Shown one piece after another: positions 1 through 10,385 of a DNA stretch of 35,416 nt. The stretch's first letter is position 1, and every line of letters begins with the position of its first letter. Source of the stretch: Myxococcota bacterium (lineage in GTDB: Bacteria > Myxococcota > JACRCW01); the NCBI GenBank assembly GCA_040752415.1, contig JBFMGU010000105.1, positions 1 through 35,416 on the forward strand, written 5' to 3'. The position numbers were made by a program, and so were the translations under genes. The notes beneath the pieces were generated by a model. The model was not told the origin of the DNA. It did not search any database and was given only the letters and a program-made list of their open reading frames with translations.

Positions 1-156
1 CTCCGCGGCCGTGGCCGGGGGCGGCGCGCCGGTGGGGGCCGCGGTCGGCGCGGCGGGCTGCGCCGAAGGCCCCACGCCCGACGTGGACGTCGCGTCCCGG
101 GGCTGGGTGTGCTGGGGCTGGGTGCGCGACGTGCTGGATGCTGGGCCCACGGACAT
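1..156 (-). CDS. N-terminal part of a hypothetical protein with a Pro/Ala/Thr-rich start, running off the left edge
   Basis: ATG at 156 preceded by GGAG. The frame is open to position 1 (MSVGPASSTSRTQPQHTQPRDATSTSGVGPSAQPAAPTAAPTGAPPPATAAE). It is not in the ORF track because there is no stop in the window. Confidence 0.55.
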   Translation of the reverse strand, partial: MSVGPASSTSRTQPQHTQPRDATSTSGVGPSAQPAAPTAAPTGAPPPATAAE

Positions 157-533
157 GTCGTCTCTCCGCTCTCTCGGGTCAGTGCCGAAGCGATCATATC
201 GCGCCAGGCGGCGCCAGGGTGCGGAAGAGGGCTTGGGCATCCGTCAGCGAGAGGACCCGACGGGTGGGGCCACGTGCACCTGTGGGCCGCGGTCGCCAAG
301 GACTTGATCGCGCAGTCCGTCACTGGCGGCGCGGGCCGGTGATCAGCGGAACCGGTCCGTCCCGTGTCCCACCACGGACCGGCGGGACGCGACCGACGAC
401 GCGTCACACCTTGTGGTCGCGACGTTGCCATCGGGTTTCAGGCCGGCTGCGCGCTCCTGGGCAAGCCCATGGTGCATCAAGTCGGCAACGGCCCGCGCCA
501 GTTCTCAGCAGCTTCTCGCGCTGGGGTGGGGCC

Positions 534-1421
534 TCAGCGCCCGGTGAGCGTGGTTGTCATGCGCGCAGAGGCACGTGCATCCGCGTTGACCCGCCGGTCC
601 AACACCTTCAGCGCCCTTCGCCACGACGCATCCGAACGCCACGACGAGAGATCCACCTGCAGCCCCTTACCGCGCGGAGTCCAGGTCTCGCCCGGCCGGA
701 ACCACGCTTGTGAACCCGCGCCCGCGTACAGGCGCTCTCCGGTGCTCATCATGCGCTCCACCACCGCGCGCCCCGCGGTCCAGCGCGCATCAAAGCAATC
801 GTCGACGACGACGGCGCCTCCCGGCGACAGGCGTGGCACCACCTCCTCGAAACACGTGCGCGTTCCCTCGTACATGTCGGCGTCCAGGTGGGCCAGGCAG
901 AATTGACGGTGGCGCAGGCCGGGGAGCGTGTCGCGGAACCAACCGGGGATGATCTCCACCATGTCACCCACTCCGGCGAGATGCAGAATGCCTCGCGTCA
1001 CGTTCTCGTCGGCGGCAAGCCAGCCTACGCCGTAGAATTTGTCGACGTCACGGTTGGGACCGGGCATGGCCTTGAAACTGTCCAGCAGCACCAGGCGCTT
1101 GTTCACGCCCCAGCGCTTGAGCAGCTGACCCATGACAATCGCCGAGCCGCCGAGCCACACGCCGCACTCGATGACGTCGCCGGGGAGGTGAACCGACTCC
1201 GCCAGCCGACGCGCGAGCGACGCCATGCGCCAGGGATCCATGGGCGTGACGGCGGCGGCGGCGTGCCATGCCTCGCGGAAACCATCAGGCCCGGAAGGAA
1301 AAGAGCGCGGCTCCTCGTCGAGGATGTGTTGCTGCGCACGTTTATCGAAAACCAGCGGTCCCACGGCGCGCCAATGGTCCTGCAGCACGCGGAAGGGAAC
1401 GCTCACCGAACGTGTCGTCAT
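534..1421 (-). CDS. TylF/MycF/NovP-family SAM-dependent O-methyltransferase
   Basis: Motifs GDVIECGVWLGGS, LLDSF, GWFRDTLP, AHLDADMYE and GGAVVVDD. Start placed at MTTRSV (1421), which overlaps the upstream stop (ATGA). Confidence 0.85.
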   Translation of the reverse strand: MTTRSVSVPFRVLQDHWRAVGPLVFDKRAQQHILDEEPRSFPSGPDGFREAWHAAAAVTPMDPWRMASLARRLAESVHLPGDVIECGVWLGGSAIVMGQLLKRWGVNKRLVLLDSFKAMPGPNRDVDKFYGVGWLAADENVTRGILHLAGVGDMVEIIPGWFRDTLPGLRHRQFCLAHLDADMYEGTRTCFEEVVPRLSPGGAVVVDDCFDARWTAGRAVVERMMSTGERLYAGAGSQAWFRPGETWTPRGKGLQVDLSSWRSDASWRRALKVLDRRVNADARASARMTTTLTGR

Positions 1422-2944
1422 GGTTGCGCTCTCCGCATTCGTGCCGCCAGGCGTGTTGTTACCAGGATGGTCAGCACCGGCGTGACCCACAAAGCGAGCA
1501 CCTCGCCCAGCAACAGCCAGCTCACCGGGCTGAACTTCTCGCGCAACACCGCAGGGAGCACGTGCTCCATCCCGACGAGAGATGCAACAAGGAAGGCGGC
1601 GTACGCCGGCACGCCCTTGAAGAGGATCATGAGCGCCTGCGCCGGATGGTTGAGGATGGTGCTCCACACTTCACGCTGGAAGTGCGCCACGCCCCAGTCG
1701 GAACGGCCCCACTGCGGCGTGAGTCGCATCGCGAGATTCGTATCGTTCCCTTCGAACAGGCCCATCGACACCAGTGGCGGAATGGCCATCAGGACCATCA
1801 TCACGCGTGTGTGTAGCGGTCGACGACGGGTGCTGGCCTCGAGGAAATGCGCGAAGGGCACCAGCAGCACGGGCATGGCGCTGAACACGAAATACCGGTA
1901 GCCGTAGAAACCACCCTGCGAGCCGAAGTTCACCGTCAGGTACAGGTTCACCAGCAGGGTGGCGGCCAGCCACGCATACACACGTCGATCCGGGAAGCGC
2001 ACCATCACCAGGCCGACCACCGCCACCAGGACGAACGGCGCGGTGAACACCAGGCCCCAGTCGTCGCCGAGGAGGAACCACCCGAAACGCCGCGGCCACT
2101 CCGTGACGGCGAGGCCCTTCAGGATCACGCCCAGCGCTTCACCCGCGTATTTCTCCTCGCGCGCCATCAGCGTGGGAATCACCTTGAAGACCAGGAGCCA
2201 GGGCAGCGCCACCACGACGGTGCGTGCGATGAAGCGGACCTCCTGACGACGTCCGTCCGCGGTTCCGAGGAAGTGACCGAAGATGAGCGGCCACGCGGCG
2301 GCGATGGGAACGTTGTTGTAACGCGTCAACGCAGCCAGCGCGCACGCCGTGCCCACAAGAACGCTCCAACGCCACCGGGACCGTTGCTCGACGGGAAGAT
2401 GCGCGCGGTGGTCCAGTGCGAAGAGCAACGCCGTCAAGGTGAAGAGCTCGAACACGTGCGAGAAGATCGGTCTGCGCCACACGTAGAGGAGCGTGCCCTG
2501 GCACAACACCATGAGCACCACCGACCACGACGCCACCAGCTCCGGCACACGACGTCGTGCGAGCTGGAAGAGCAGCAGGCACGTCAGGCCGAAGTAGAAC
2601 GCGGTGGCCATCTCGAAACCGAAGACAGACCACGTCCCGACGACGTTATCCGGCGCACGCACGTGCACGATCGCGTGGCCCGCCAGTCGATCCAGCAACG
2701 AGAACACGAACACGAAGGGCGCGGCCAGGAGCCCCGGGCCAATGCTGGCCATGGGGTACTCACCGCGACAGGTGAGCTCGAGCCGGTAGTCGGGCCACTG
2801 GAGGTACGCGAGTGACGACGCGTGCGCGAAGTAGCAGAAGTCGTCGCCGCCCACGCCCTGGTACACGAGGTGGGTCTTCTGCACATAGCTGGGCCACAGC
2901 ACCAACGCGCCCAGGAGCAGCATGGCGACGACGAGCGGCCTCAT
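1418..2944 (-). CDS. Polytopic membrane protein, probable GT-C fold (PMT/ArnT-like) glycosyltransferase
   Basis: Many hydrophobic segments; acidic motif GGDDFCYF after the first TM segment; ALTRYNN and GYRY motifs. Confidence 0.6.
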   Translation of the reverse strand: MRPLVVAMLLLGALVLWPSYVQKTHLVYQGVGGDDFCYFAHASSLAYLQWPDYRLELTCRGEYPMASIGPGLLAAPFVFVFSLLDRLAGHAIVHVRAPDNVVGTWSVFGFEMATAFYFGLTCLLLFQLARRRVPELVASWSVVLMVLCQGTLLYVWRRPIFSHVFELFTLTALLFALDHRAHLPVEQRSRWRWSVLVGTACALAALTRYNNVPIAAAWPLIFGHFLGTADGRRQEVRFIARTVVVALPWLLVFKVIPTLMAREEKYAGEALGVILKGLAVTEWPRRFGWFLLGDDWGLVFTAPFVLVAVVGLVMVRFPDRRVYAWLAATLLVNLYLTVNFGSQGGFYGYRYFVFSAMPVLLVPFAHFLEASTRRRPLHTRVMMVLMAIPPLVSMGLFEGNDTNLAMRLTPQWGRSDWGVAHFQREVWSTILNHPAQALMILFKGVPAYAAFLVASLVGMEHVLPAVLREKFSPVSWLLLGEVLALWVTPVLTILVTTRLAARMRRAQP

Positions 2945-2986
2945 GTCCAGCGGGCTACCACGAACGCGCCCACCGCCGCACGTTCC

Positions 2987-3856
2987 TCACCCGCCGAAGT
3001 TCTGCGTCCAGTAGTGGCCGTAGGTGGAGCTGGGCCCATACGCGTAGCCCACGCCGAGATGACGGAACGCGCCGTTCATGATGTTCCGACAGTGCCCCGG
3101 GCTGCTCATCCACTGCTCGACGGTGGCGGCCGCCGTGTCATTCCCCGCGGCGATGTTCTCCCCCTGGGTGAAGCCTCCGTTGTAGCCGGCCTCGGCGGTG
3201 CGGTCGAAAGGGCTGCGCCCGTCCTGGGACGTGTGATCGAAGTAGTCGTTGTCCGCCATGTCCTTGCTGTGTCCACGGGCGGCGGCCTGCAGCGCGGGGT
3301 GCATGGTGAGGGGGTCCACGGCGTCGTACGCCTGGCCGCCGCAGGTTGCGCCCTGGGCGCGGCGCACGTTCACCTCGTCAAGAACCTGTTGCTCCAAGGC
3401 GGCCCACGCGGCGGGCCAATCTCCCGGGTCATTGCCCGCGTCGACGCCACTCCCCGCGTCCGGCTGCTCCTGCGGAATGCACGCGCCCATCACCGCGGTG
3501 TTGCACGTCGCCGCCAGGATGCACGCCTCGCCGCCGTTGAACTCGCCGTTCTCACAGGCCTGCACGCACTGCGCCTCGGTGACGGGCTGGCCGTTGTCGG
3601 CGCGGAAGGAGAAGCCGCAGTCGTCGTACACGTGGGCGCACATGTCGACGCACACCGACGACGATGCCGCATCCGCGGCACTTCCGCCATCCGGTGCACG
3701 CCGCGCGTCGGGTTGTCCACCGTCGGAAGGGGAAGCCGTGGACGCTGCGTCCGAACCGCCTTCCGTGGGCACCGAGGGAGATGGTGACACCCCGCTGCAC
3801 GACGTCACGAAGGTCACGAAGCCCAGGCACACCGCGCGAAACACCCGTGCATCCAT
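2987..3856 (-). CDS. CAP/SCP-domain lipoprotein with a Cys-rich N-terminal module
   Basis: Lipobox-like VTSC. CAP motifs AARGHSKDMA, GENIAAG, WMSSPGHCRNIM and YWTQNFG. Confidence 0.9.
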   Translation of the reverse strand: MDARVFRAVCLGFVTFVTSCSGVSPSPSVPTEGGSDAASTASPSDGGQPDARRAPDGGSAADAASSSVCVDMCAHVYDDCGFSFRADNGQPVTEAQCVQACENGEFNGGEACILAATCNTAVMGACIPQEQPDAGSGVDAGNDPGDWPAAWAALEQQVLDEVNVRRAQGATCGGQAYDAVDPLTMHPALQAAARGHSKDMADNDYFDHTSQDGRSPFDRTAEAGYNGGFTQGENIAAGNDTAAATVEQWMSSPGHCRNIMNGAFRHLGVGYAYGPSSTYGHYWTQNFGG

Positions 3857-3919
3857 GGGGTGGAGCCTAGCACGCGCAACATCGTTGACATGACGACGAG
3901 TGTCGTATTCCCGACCGGC

Positions 3920-5389
3920 TCAGAGGCGCCCGCCCACCGGGAGGTCCACGCCGCGCGTGGGCAGGATCGAACGTCCACCGGCGAGCCAGGCGTCGACGTG
4001 GCGCGCGGTCTCTCGACCGTCGGAGATGGCGGTGACGATGAGGCTGGCGCCGCGCCGCGCGTCACCCGCGCAAAAGACGCCGTCCACGTCGGTGGCGAAC
4101 TGCGCGTTCACCGCCACGTTCCCGCGACCATCCAGCGCCACGCCCAGCTGCTCACGCAACGTCGTGGTGTCCGGCCCCACGAAGCCCATGGCGAGAATCA
4201 GCCGGTCCACCGGCAACTCCAGCTCCGTGCCCGGCCGTTCCACCAGTCGCGTGCGCCCGTCGTCACCGCGCTGCAGCTGCACCTGGATCGCGTGCAACGT
4301 GGTAAGTCGTCCGTCGGTGCCGGTGAGACGCTTGGTCATCAGCGCAAATGCGCGCACCCCGCCTTCCTCCTGGCTCGACGACGTGGTGAACACCGCCGGC
4401 CACTGGGGCCACGGGTTGTCGACGGTACGCAGCTCCGGAGGTTTGGGCATCAGCTCCACTTGCATGACGTGGGCGGCACCCTGGCGCAGCGCGGTGCCAA
4501 GGCAATCCGAGCCGGTATCCCCGCCGCCAAGGATGATCACGCGCTGGCCCTTGGCGTCGTAGCGACGACGGTACGCCGCATCCGCCACCGCGCGATTCTG
4601 GTCCTCGAGGTAATCCATGGCCTGGTGCACGCCGACCAGGTCGCGGCCCGGCACGTCGAGCTCCCGCGGCACGCGCGCGCCGACGGCGATGACGAGCGCG
4701 TCGTGGGTGTCCCGCAGCTCACGCCAGGAGGGGTTCCTGCCCACGTCGACGCCGGTGCGGAAACGGATGCCTTCCGCCTCCAGGACGGCGAGGCGCCGGT
4801 CGATGACGTCCTTCTCCATCTTGAAGTCGGGAATGCCGTAGCGGAGCAGACCGCCGGGCTTGTCGTCGCGCTCGTAGACGGTGACGAGGTGGCCCGCCTG
4901 GTTGAGCTGTGCCGCCGCCGCCAATCCCGCCGGGCCGGAGCCCACCACGGCCACCTTGCGACCGGTGCGGCTCGTCGGAAGACGGGGCACCACCCAGCCT
5001 TCCACGTACGCGCGTTCGATGATCTCCTTCTCCACCTGCTCGATGGTGACGGGATCCTGGTTGATGGCGAGCACGCACGCGGCCTCACACGGCGCGGGGC
5101 ACAGCCGTCCGGTGAACTCCGGGAAGTTGTTCGTCGACGTCAGGTTGATGAACGCGGCCTTCCAGCGGTCCTGCCAGATGAGCTCATTGAAGTCCGGGAT
5201 GGCGTTCCCCAGCGGGCAGCCCTGGTGACAGAACGGCACGCCGCAGTCCATGCAACGCCCTGCCTGCTGCCGCGTGACGTCGGGAGCCTGCTTCAGGGAG
5301 ATCTCGTGCCAGTCCTGGAGGCGCTCGCTCTTGGCGCGCTTGGGCGCGGCGGCACGAGGCCACTCGATGAATCCGGTGGGCTTGCCCAT
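3920..5389 (-). CDS. gltD: Glutamate synthase small (beta) subunit
   Basis: MGKPTGF start overlaps the gltB stop (TGATG). Fe-S motifs RCMDCGVPFC and GRLCPAPCEAAC; nucleotide-binding motifs GSGPAG and GGGDTGSDC. Confidence 0.97.
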   Translation of the reverse strand: MGKPTGFIEWPRAAAPKRAKSERLQDWHEISLKQAPDVTRQQAGRCMDCGVPFCHQGCPLGNAIPDFNELIWQDRWKAAFINLTSTNNFPEFTGRLCPAPCEAACVLAINQDPVTIEQVEKEIIERAYVEGWVVPRLPTSRTGRKVAVVGSGPAGLAAAAQLNQAGHLVTVYERDDKPGGLLRYGIPDFKMEKDVIDRRLAVLEAEGIRFRTGVDVGRNPSWRELRDTHDALVIAVGARVPRELDVPGRDLVGVHQAMDYLEDQNRAVADAAYRRRYDAKGQRVIILGGGDTGSDCLGTALRQGAAHVMQVELMPKPPELRTVDNPWPQWPAVFTTSSSQEEGGVRAFALMTKRLTGTDGRLTTLHAIQVQLQRGDDGRTRLVERPGTELELPVDRLILAMGFVGPDTTTLREQLGVALDGRGNVAVNAQFATDVDGVFCAGDARRGASLIVTAISDGRETARHVDAWLAGGRSILPTRGVDLPVGGRL

Positions 5390-8300
5390 CACTCGCCTCC
5401 CGCCACCACGCGCAGCGACGGACGCCCACGCGGAGGACGCGCCGCCGCCCGACGGGCCTGCAGCACGCGTTTGTAGTCGGTGGGCATCACCTTCACGATC
5501 TGCGAGACGACAATCTCCCAGTTGTCCAGGATGCGCTGCGCCAACGGGCTGCCGGTGAGACGGTGATGGTCGTCGATCATGCCGTGCACCAGCCACATCT
5601 CACTCTCATCCACCACGGACTCCAGCTCCACCATCGCCAGGTTGCAGCGACGACGGAACGAGCGGTCCCGGTCCACCACGTACGCGATCCCGCCGCTCAT
5701 GCCCGCGGCGAAGTTGCGCCCGGTGCTCCCAAGCACGACGACGACGCCACCGGTCATGTACTCGCACCCGTGGTCGCCCACGCCTTCCACCACGGCGCGC
5801 GCGCCGCTGTTGCGCACCGCGAAGCGCTCACCGGCCACGCCGTTGATGAACACCTCGCCGGCAGTGGCGCCGTAGAGCACCGTGTTCCCGACGATGATGT
5901 TCTCCTCCGGCACGAACCGGCTCTCGCGCGGCGGGTACACGATGATGCGTCCACCGCTGAGGCCCTTGCCGAGGTAGTCGTTGGCGTCGCCTGCCAGCTC
6001 GAGGGTGACACCGCGCGCCAGCCATGCGCCCAGGCTCTGTCCCGCCGAGCCACGCAGCTTCACGTGGATGCTCTCGTCGGGGAGTCCCTGCGCGCCGTGC
6101 TTGCGGGCAATCTCTCCGGACAACATGCCGCCCACGGCGCGATGCGTGTTGCTCACGGGCAGCTCGATGCGAACCGGTGCTCCTCCGTCAATGGTTCTGC
6201 GCGCGCGTTCAAGGATCTGCGCATCCAGGTGCTCGGAGATGTCCTTGCGCTGGGAGCGCATGCAGCGACGCGCAACCTCCGGTGCAGCCTGCGGCACGGC
6301 GAGCAGGCCCGACAGGTCCACCATCCGCGCCTTCCAGTGGGGCACGTCCATCTTCTGCCGCAGCATGTCCACGCGGCCCACCATCTCGTCGACGGTCCGG
6401 AATCCCAGGCGGGCCATGATGCGCCGTGCCTCCTCCGCGACCATGAAGAAGAAATTGATGGTGTATTCCGGCTTGCCGCTGAACTTCTCGCGCAGCAGCG
6501 GGTCCTGCGTGGCAATTCCGACGCTGCAGGTGTTGAGGTGGCACTTGCGCAACATGATGCAGCCCTGAACCACCAGCGACGCGGTGGCCATGCCGAACTC
6601 TTCCGCGCCAAGCAGCGCCGCCACGACGATGTCACGCCCCGTGCGCAGACCACCGTCCACCTGCACGCGGATGCGACCGCGCAGGTCATTCTGCACCAGC
6701 ACCTGCTGCGTCTCGGCGAGGCCCAGCTCCCACGGCAGGCCGGCGTGCTTGAGGCTGGAGAGCGGTGACGCGCCGGTTCCTCCCTCGTAACCCGAGACGG
6801 TGACGCATCCCGCGCCCGCCTTGGCCACACCCGCGGCCACCGTACCCACGCCCACCTCGCTGACGAGCTTCACGCTGACGCGCGCCTGCGGGTTCACCGA
6901 CTGCAGGTCGTAGATGAGCTGCGAGAGGTCCTCGATGGAATAGATGTCGTGATGCGGCGGCGGAGAGATGAGCGTGACGCCGGGCGTGGCGAAACGGACG
7001 CGCGCGATGCGCTCATCCACCTTGTGGCCGGGCAGCTGTCCGCCCTCACCGGGCTTGGCGCCCTGGGCGATCTTGATCTGCAGCTCGTCGGCGTTGACCA
7101 GGTATTCCGCGTTGACGCCGAAGCGTGCGCTGGCCACCTGTTTGATCGCGCTCCGACGGAGATCGCCGTTCTCGTCGGGGGCGTAGCGTCGTGGCTCCTC
7201 ACCGCCTTCACCGCTGTTGGAGCGCGCACCAATGCGGTTCATGGCAATGGCCAGCGTCTCGTGCGCCTCCGCGCTCACGGAGCCGAAGGACATGGCGCCA
7301 GTCACGAACCTCCGCACGATGTTCGCGGCAGGCTCCACCTCGTCGAGGGGGACGGGCGTGGCCTTGTCTTCCGCCAGCTCCAGCAGGCCGCGCAACGTGC
7401 AGAGCGCGCGTTCCTCCTGGTCCACCAGGCGCGAGTACTCGTTGAACAGCGCGGGGTCGTTGGCACGCGCGGCGGCCTGCAGCTTGGCAATGGTGGCCGG
7501 GTTCCACTTGTGGTGCTCTCCCCGACGTCGCCACAGGTACTGCCCGCCCACCGGAAGCTGCTCCTGCTCCAGCTGGGCCTCGCGACCGAAACCGCGCGCA
7601 TGGCGCTCCAGGACCTCGCGTCCCAGCTCGGTGAGGCCCACGCCCTCCACGCGGCTGGCGGTGCCGGTGAAGTGCTTGTCGACGACGCTGCGGTTCAGCC
7701 CCACCGCCTCGAAGATCTGCGCGCCACGGTAGCTCTGCAGCGTGCTGATGCCCATCTTGGACATGACCTTCAGGATGCCGTGGTCGACGGCGTGGATGTA
7801 CTTCTCCTGCGCCTCGTCGACGCCGACGCCGAGCTTCCCGGACGTGGCCAGGTCCCGCAGCGTGTCCAGCGCCAGGTACGGATTCACCGCCGCGGCGCCA
7901 AAGCCGATGAGCAGCGCAAAGTGGTGCACCTCCCGCGCCTCCGCTGTCTCCACGACGAGACCGGTGAGCAGTCGCGTCCCTTCGCGCACCAGGTGCTGGT
8001 GGACCGCGCTCACCGCGAGCAGCGACGGGATGGCCGCGTGCTTCGCGTCGACGCCACGGTCACTGAGGATGAGCAGGTTGAATCCCTCGTCCACCAGCTC
8101 GCGCGCCCTCTGGCATAGCTTCTCGACGGCGATCTCCAGCCCACGCGGCCCATCCTCGACGTTGTAGAGCAGGGAGATGCGCTGCGGCTCGAACACGCCT
8201 TCCTTGATGGACTCCAGCTTGGCCATCTGGCCACTGGTCAGGATCACGCCGGGAATGCTGATGCGGTGGGCCTGTTCCGGCGTCTCGTCGAAGGTGTTGC

Positions 8301-9942
8301 CGTCGGGGCCAATCGCGGAGGACGTGGTCATCACCAGCGACTCGCGAATGGGGTCGATGGGCGGGTTGGTCACCTGCGCGAAGAGCTGGTGGAAGTAGTC
8401 GAACAGGTTGGGTGCGTGGTCGCTGAAGACGGCGAGCGGCGTGTCCGTGCCCATGGACCCCAGCGGCTCCTCACCCTTCTCCGCCATCGGCGTCATGATG
8501 AGGCGCAGGTCCTCCTCGGTGTAGCCAAAGGCGCGCTGCAGACGCCACAGCTCGTCGCCGGCAATGCGCGGCGGCGCGGGCATGTGCGGGAACTGGTCGA
8601 AGTTGAACACGTTCTCCGTCAGCCATCGACGGTACGGCCAGCGCGACGCGATCTCCCGCTTGAGCTCCTCGTCGTCAATGATGCGTCCCTCGACGGTGTC
8701 GACGAGGAACATGCGTCCCGGCTGGAGCCGTCCCTTCTTGCGCACCTGCGCGGGCGGGACGTCAATGACGCCGGTCTCCGAGGCCAGGATGACATGATCA
8801 TCCTCGGTGACGACGTAGCGCGCGGGGCGCAGGCCGTTGCGGTCCAGCGTGGCGCCAATGAGCTTCCCGTCGGTGAAGGCAATGGCGGCGGGCCCGTCCC
8901 AGGCCTCCATCAGCGACGATGCGTACTCGTAGAACGCGCGCTTCTCGTCGGGCATCTGCTCGTTCTCTTCCCACGCCTCGGGGATCATCATCATCATGGC
9001 GTGGGGCAGCGTGCGCCCGCCCAGGTGCAGCAGCTCCACCATGTTGTCGAACTGCGCGGAGTCGCTCCCGTCGGGGACGATGAACGGACGGAGCCGGGAG
9101 ATGTCGCCGCCGAACTTGGCGGATTGCAGCAGGCTGCCGCGCGCGCGCATCCAGTTTCGGTTGCCCTGCAGCGTGTTGATCTCCCCGTTGTGGGCGATGT
9201 AGCGGAACGGTTGCGCGCGGTCCCACGTCGGGAAGGTGTTGGTGGAGAAGCGTGAGTGCACCAGCGCCAGGCCGCTGACCATCTCCGGGTCGCGCAGGTC
9301 GGTGTAGAAGAGCGGGAGCTGGCGGGGCAGGAGCAGGCCCTTGTAGACCACCGTCTCCGACGAGAGCGAGGCCACGTGGAAACGCCGGTCCGGGTCCACG
9401 CCGCTCTCCCGGACGCGGTTCTCGGCGAGCTTGCGGATCACGTACAGCTTCCGCTCGAACGCACTGGGCACCACGCGACGACGTGCCACGTAGACCTGCC
9501 GCACCACCGGCATCACCTCGCGTGCGATGCGCCCGATGACACCGGGCTCCACCGGGACGTCGCGCCACCCCAGGAGATGCTGCCCTTCCGCCTCCACCAC
9601 GTCCTCGAGGATGCGCTCACACGCCCGGCGCGCCTCGGGCTCGGGCGGGAGGAACACCATGCCAATGCCGTAACGACGACGTCGCGGCATCTCGAAGCCG
9701 AGCTTGAGGCCTTCGCGCTTGAAGAAGCGGTGCGGAAGCTGCAGCAGGATGCCCGCGCCGTCGCCGGTCTCCGGGTCGCAGCCGGTGGCGCCACGGTGGC
9801 TCAGCCGGTTGAGCAGCTCCAGCCCGTTCTCGACGATCTGCCGCGACTTCTCCCCCTTGATGTGGGCGACGAAACCAACGCCACAGGCGTCATGCTCGGT
9901 GCTGGGCTCGTAGAGTCCCCAGCGTCCTGGTGCGATGGGCAA
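5389..9942 (-). CDS. gltB: Glutamate synthase large (alpha) subunit
   Basis: Motifs HDACGVGF (catalytic Cys), HSRFSTNT, HNGEIN, GAKPGEGGQLPG and CHLNTC. The start is uncertain: TTG at 9942 follows AAGGAGGAG, and ATG at 9990 is an alternative. Confidence 0.97.
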   Translation of the reverse strand: MPIAPGRWGLYEPSTEHDACGVGFVAHIKGEKSRQIVENGLELLNRLSHRGATGCDPETGDGAGILLQLPHRFFKREGLKLGFEMPRRRRYGIGMVFLPPEPEARRACERILEDVVEAEGQHLLGWRDVPVEPGVIGRIAREVMPVVRQVYVARRRVVPSAFERKLYVIRKLAENRVRESGVDPDRRFHVASLSSETVVYKGLLLPRQLPLFYTDLRDPEMVSGLALVHSRFSTNTFPTWDRAQPFRYIAHNGEINTLQGNRNWMRARGSLLQSAKFGGDISRLRPFIVPDGSDSAQFDNMVELLHLGGRTLPHAMMMMIPEAWEENEQMPDEKRAFYEYASSLMEAWDGPAAIAFTDGKLIGATLDRNGLRPARYVVTEDDHVILASETGVIDVPPAQVRKKGRLQPGRMFLVDTVEGRIIDDEELKREIASRWPYRRWLTENVFNFDQFPHMPAPPRIAGDELWRLQRAFGYTEEDLRLIMTPMAEKGEEPLGSMGTDTPLAVFSDHAPNLFDYFHQLFAQVTNPPIDPIRESLVMTTSSAIGPDGNTFDETPEQAHRISIPGVILTSGQMAKLESIKEGVFEPQRISLLYNVEDGPRGLEIAVEKLCQRARELVDEGFNLLILSDRGVDAKHAAIPSLLAVSAVHQHLVREGTRLLTGLVVETAEAREVHHFALLIGFGAAAVNPYLALDTLRDLATSGKLGVGVDEAQEKYIHAVDHGILKVMSKMGISTLQSYRGAQIFEAVGLNRSVVDKHFTGTASRVEGVGLTELGREVLERHARGFGREAQLEQEQLPVGGQYLWRRRGEHHKWNPATIAKLQAAARANDPALFNEYSRLVDQEERALCTLRGLLELAEDKATPVPLDEVEPAANIVRRFVTGAMSFGSVSAEAHETLAIAMNRIGARSNSGEGGEEPRRYAPDENGDLRRSAIKQVASARFGVNAEYLVNADELQIKIAQGAKPGEGGQLPGHKVDERIARVRFATPGVTLISPPPHHDIYSIEDLSQLIYDLQSVNPQARVSVKLVSEVGVGTVAAGVAKAGAGCVTVSGYEGGTGASPLSSLKHAGLPWELGLAETQQVLVQNDLRGRIRVQVDGGLRTGRDIVVAALLGAEEFGMATASLVVQGCIMLRKCHLNTCSVGIATQDPLLREKFSGKPEYTINFFFMVAEEARRIMARLGFRTVDEMVGRVDMLRQKMDVPHWKARMVDLSGLLAVPQAAPEVARRCMRSQRKDISEHLDAQILERARRTIDGGAPVRIELPVSNTHRAVGGMLSGEIARKHGAQGLPDESIHVKLRGSAGQSLGAWLARGVTLELAGDANDYLGKGLSGGRIIVYPPRESRFVPEENIIVGNTVLYGATAGEVFINGVAGERFAVRNSGARAVVEGVGDHGCEYMTGGVVVVLGSTGRNFAAGMSGGIAYVVDRDRSFRRRCNLAMVELESVVDESEMWLVHGMIDDHHRLTGSPLAQRILDNWEIVVSQIVKVMPTDYKRVLQARRAAARPPRGRPSLRVVAGGE

Positions 9943-10111
9943 GGCTCCTCCTTCAACTCGGGCGCGCGCGCCGTGGGGAGTCTCCGGCATAACGCACAGC
10001 GTCATAGGAGGCCAAGGGGATTCCGCCGCCATGGTGGCCGGTCCGCGCACTCTCTTGGGGATGACGTCGAGACCGCGAAGGCTGGCCGGACTGGCGCCGT
10101 GTCACGACGAC

Positions 10112-10138
10112 GGATATACATTGATGATTCGTATATCC
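10112..10138. promoter_or_regulatory. Probable vapBC operator palindrome GGATATAC-N11-GTATATCC
   Basis: Perfect 8-bp inverted repeat in an AT-rich patch immediately upstream of the antitoxin RBS (AAGGAG). Confidence 0.65.
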
Positions 10139-10151
10139 AAGGAGTCAACCG

Positions 10152-10385
10152 ATGCAGGTCGCCAAGTGGGGCAACAGCCTGGCCGTCCGCCTGCCTCAGT
10201 CCGTGGTCGAGGTCCTTGGGCTGAAGGAAGGGGACGACATCGAAATCACTGTGGCCGGGCCCCGTTCATTCGAAGTCGGCAAGGCACCGACGCCACGGGA
10301 GCTTTTGGCGCGACTGCGCAAGTATCGCGGTCGTCTTCCGGAGGGATTCAAGTTTGACCGGCTGGAAGCCCATGAGCGGCGGTGA
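10152..10385 (+). CDS. vapB: AbrB/MazE/SpoVT-family antitoxin (VapB-like)
   Basis: MQVAKWGNSLAVRLP signature; 77 aa; overlaps the downstream PIN gene. Confidence 0.9.
   Translation: MQVAKWGNSLAVRLPQSVVEVLGLKEGDDIEITVAGPRSFEVGKAPTPRELLARLRKYRGRLPEGFKFDRLEAHERR

Noticed and set aside
352..382. 9-bp hairpin CCGGTCCGT/ACGGACCGG as a terminator or ncRNA
   Set aside because: Short GC-rich stem without a U-tract; compatible with chance.
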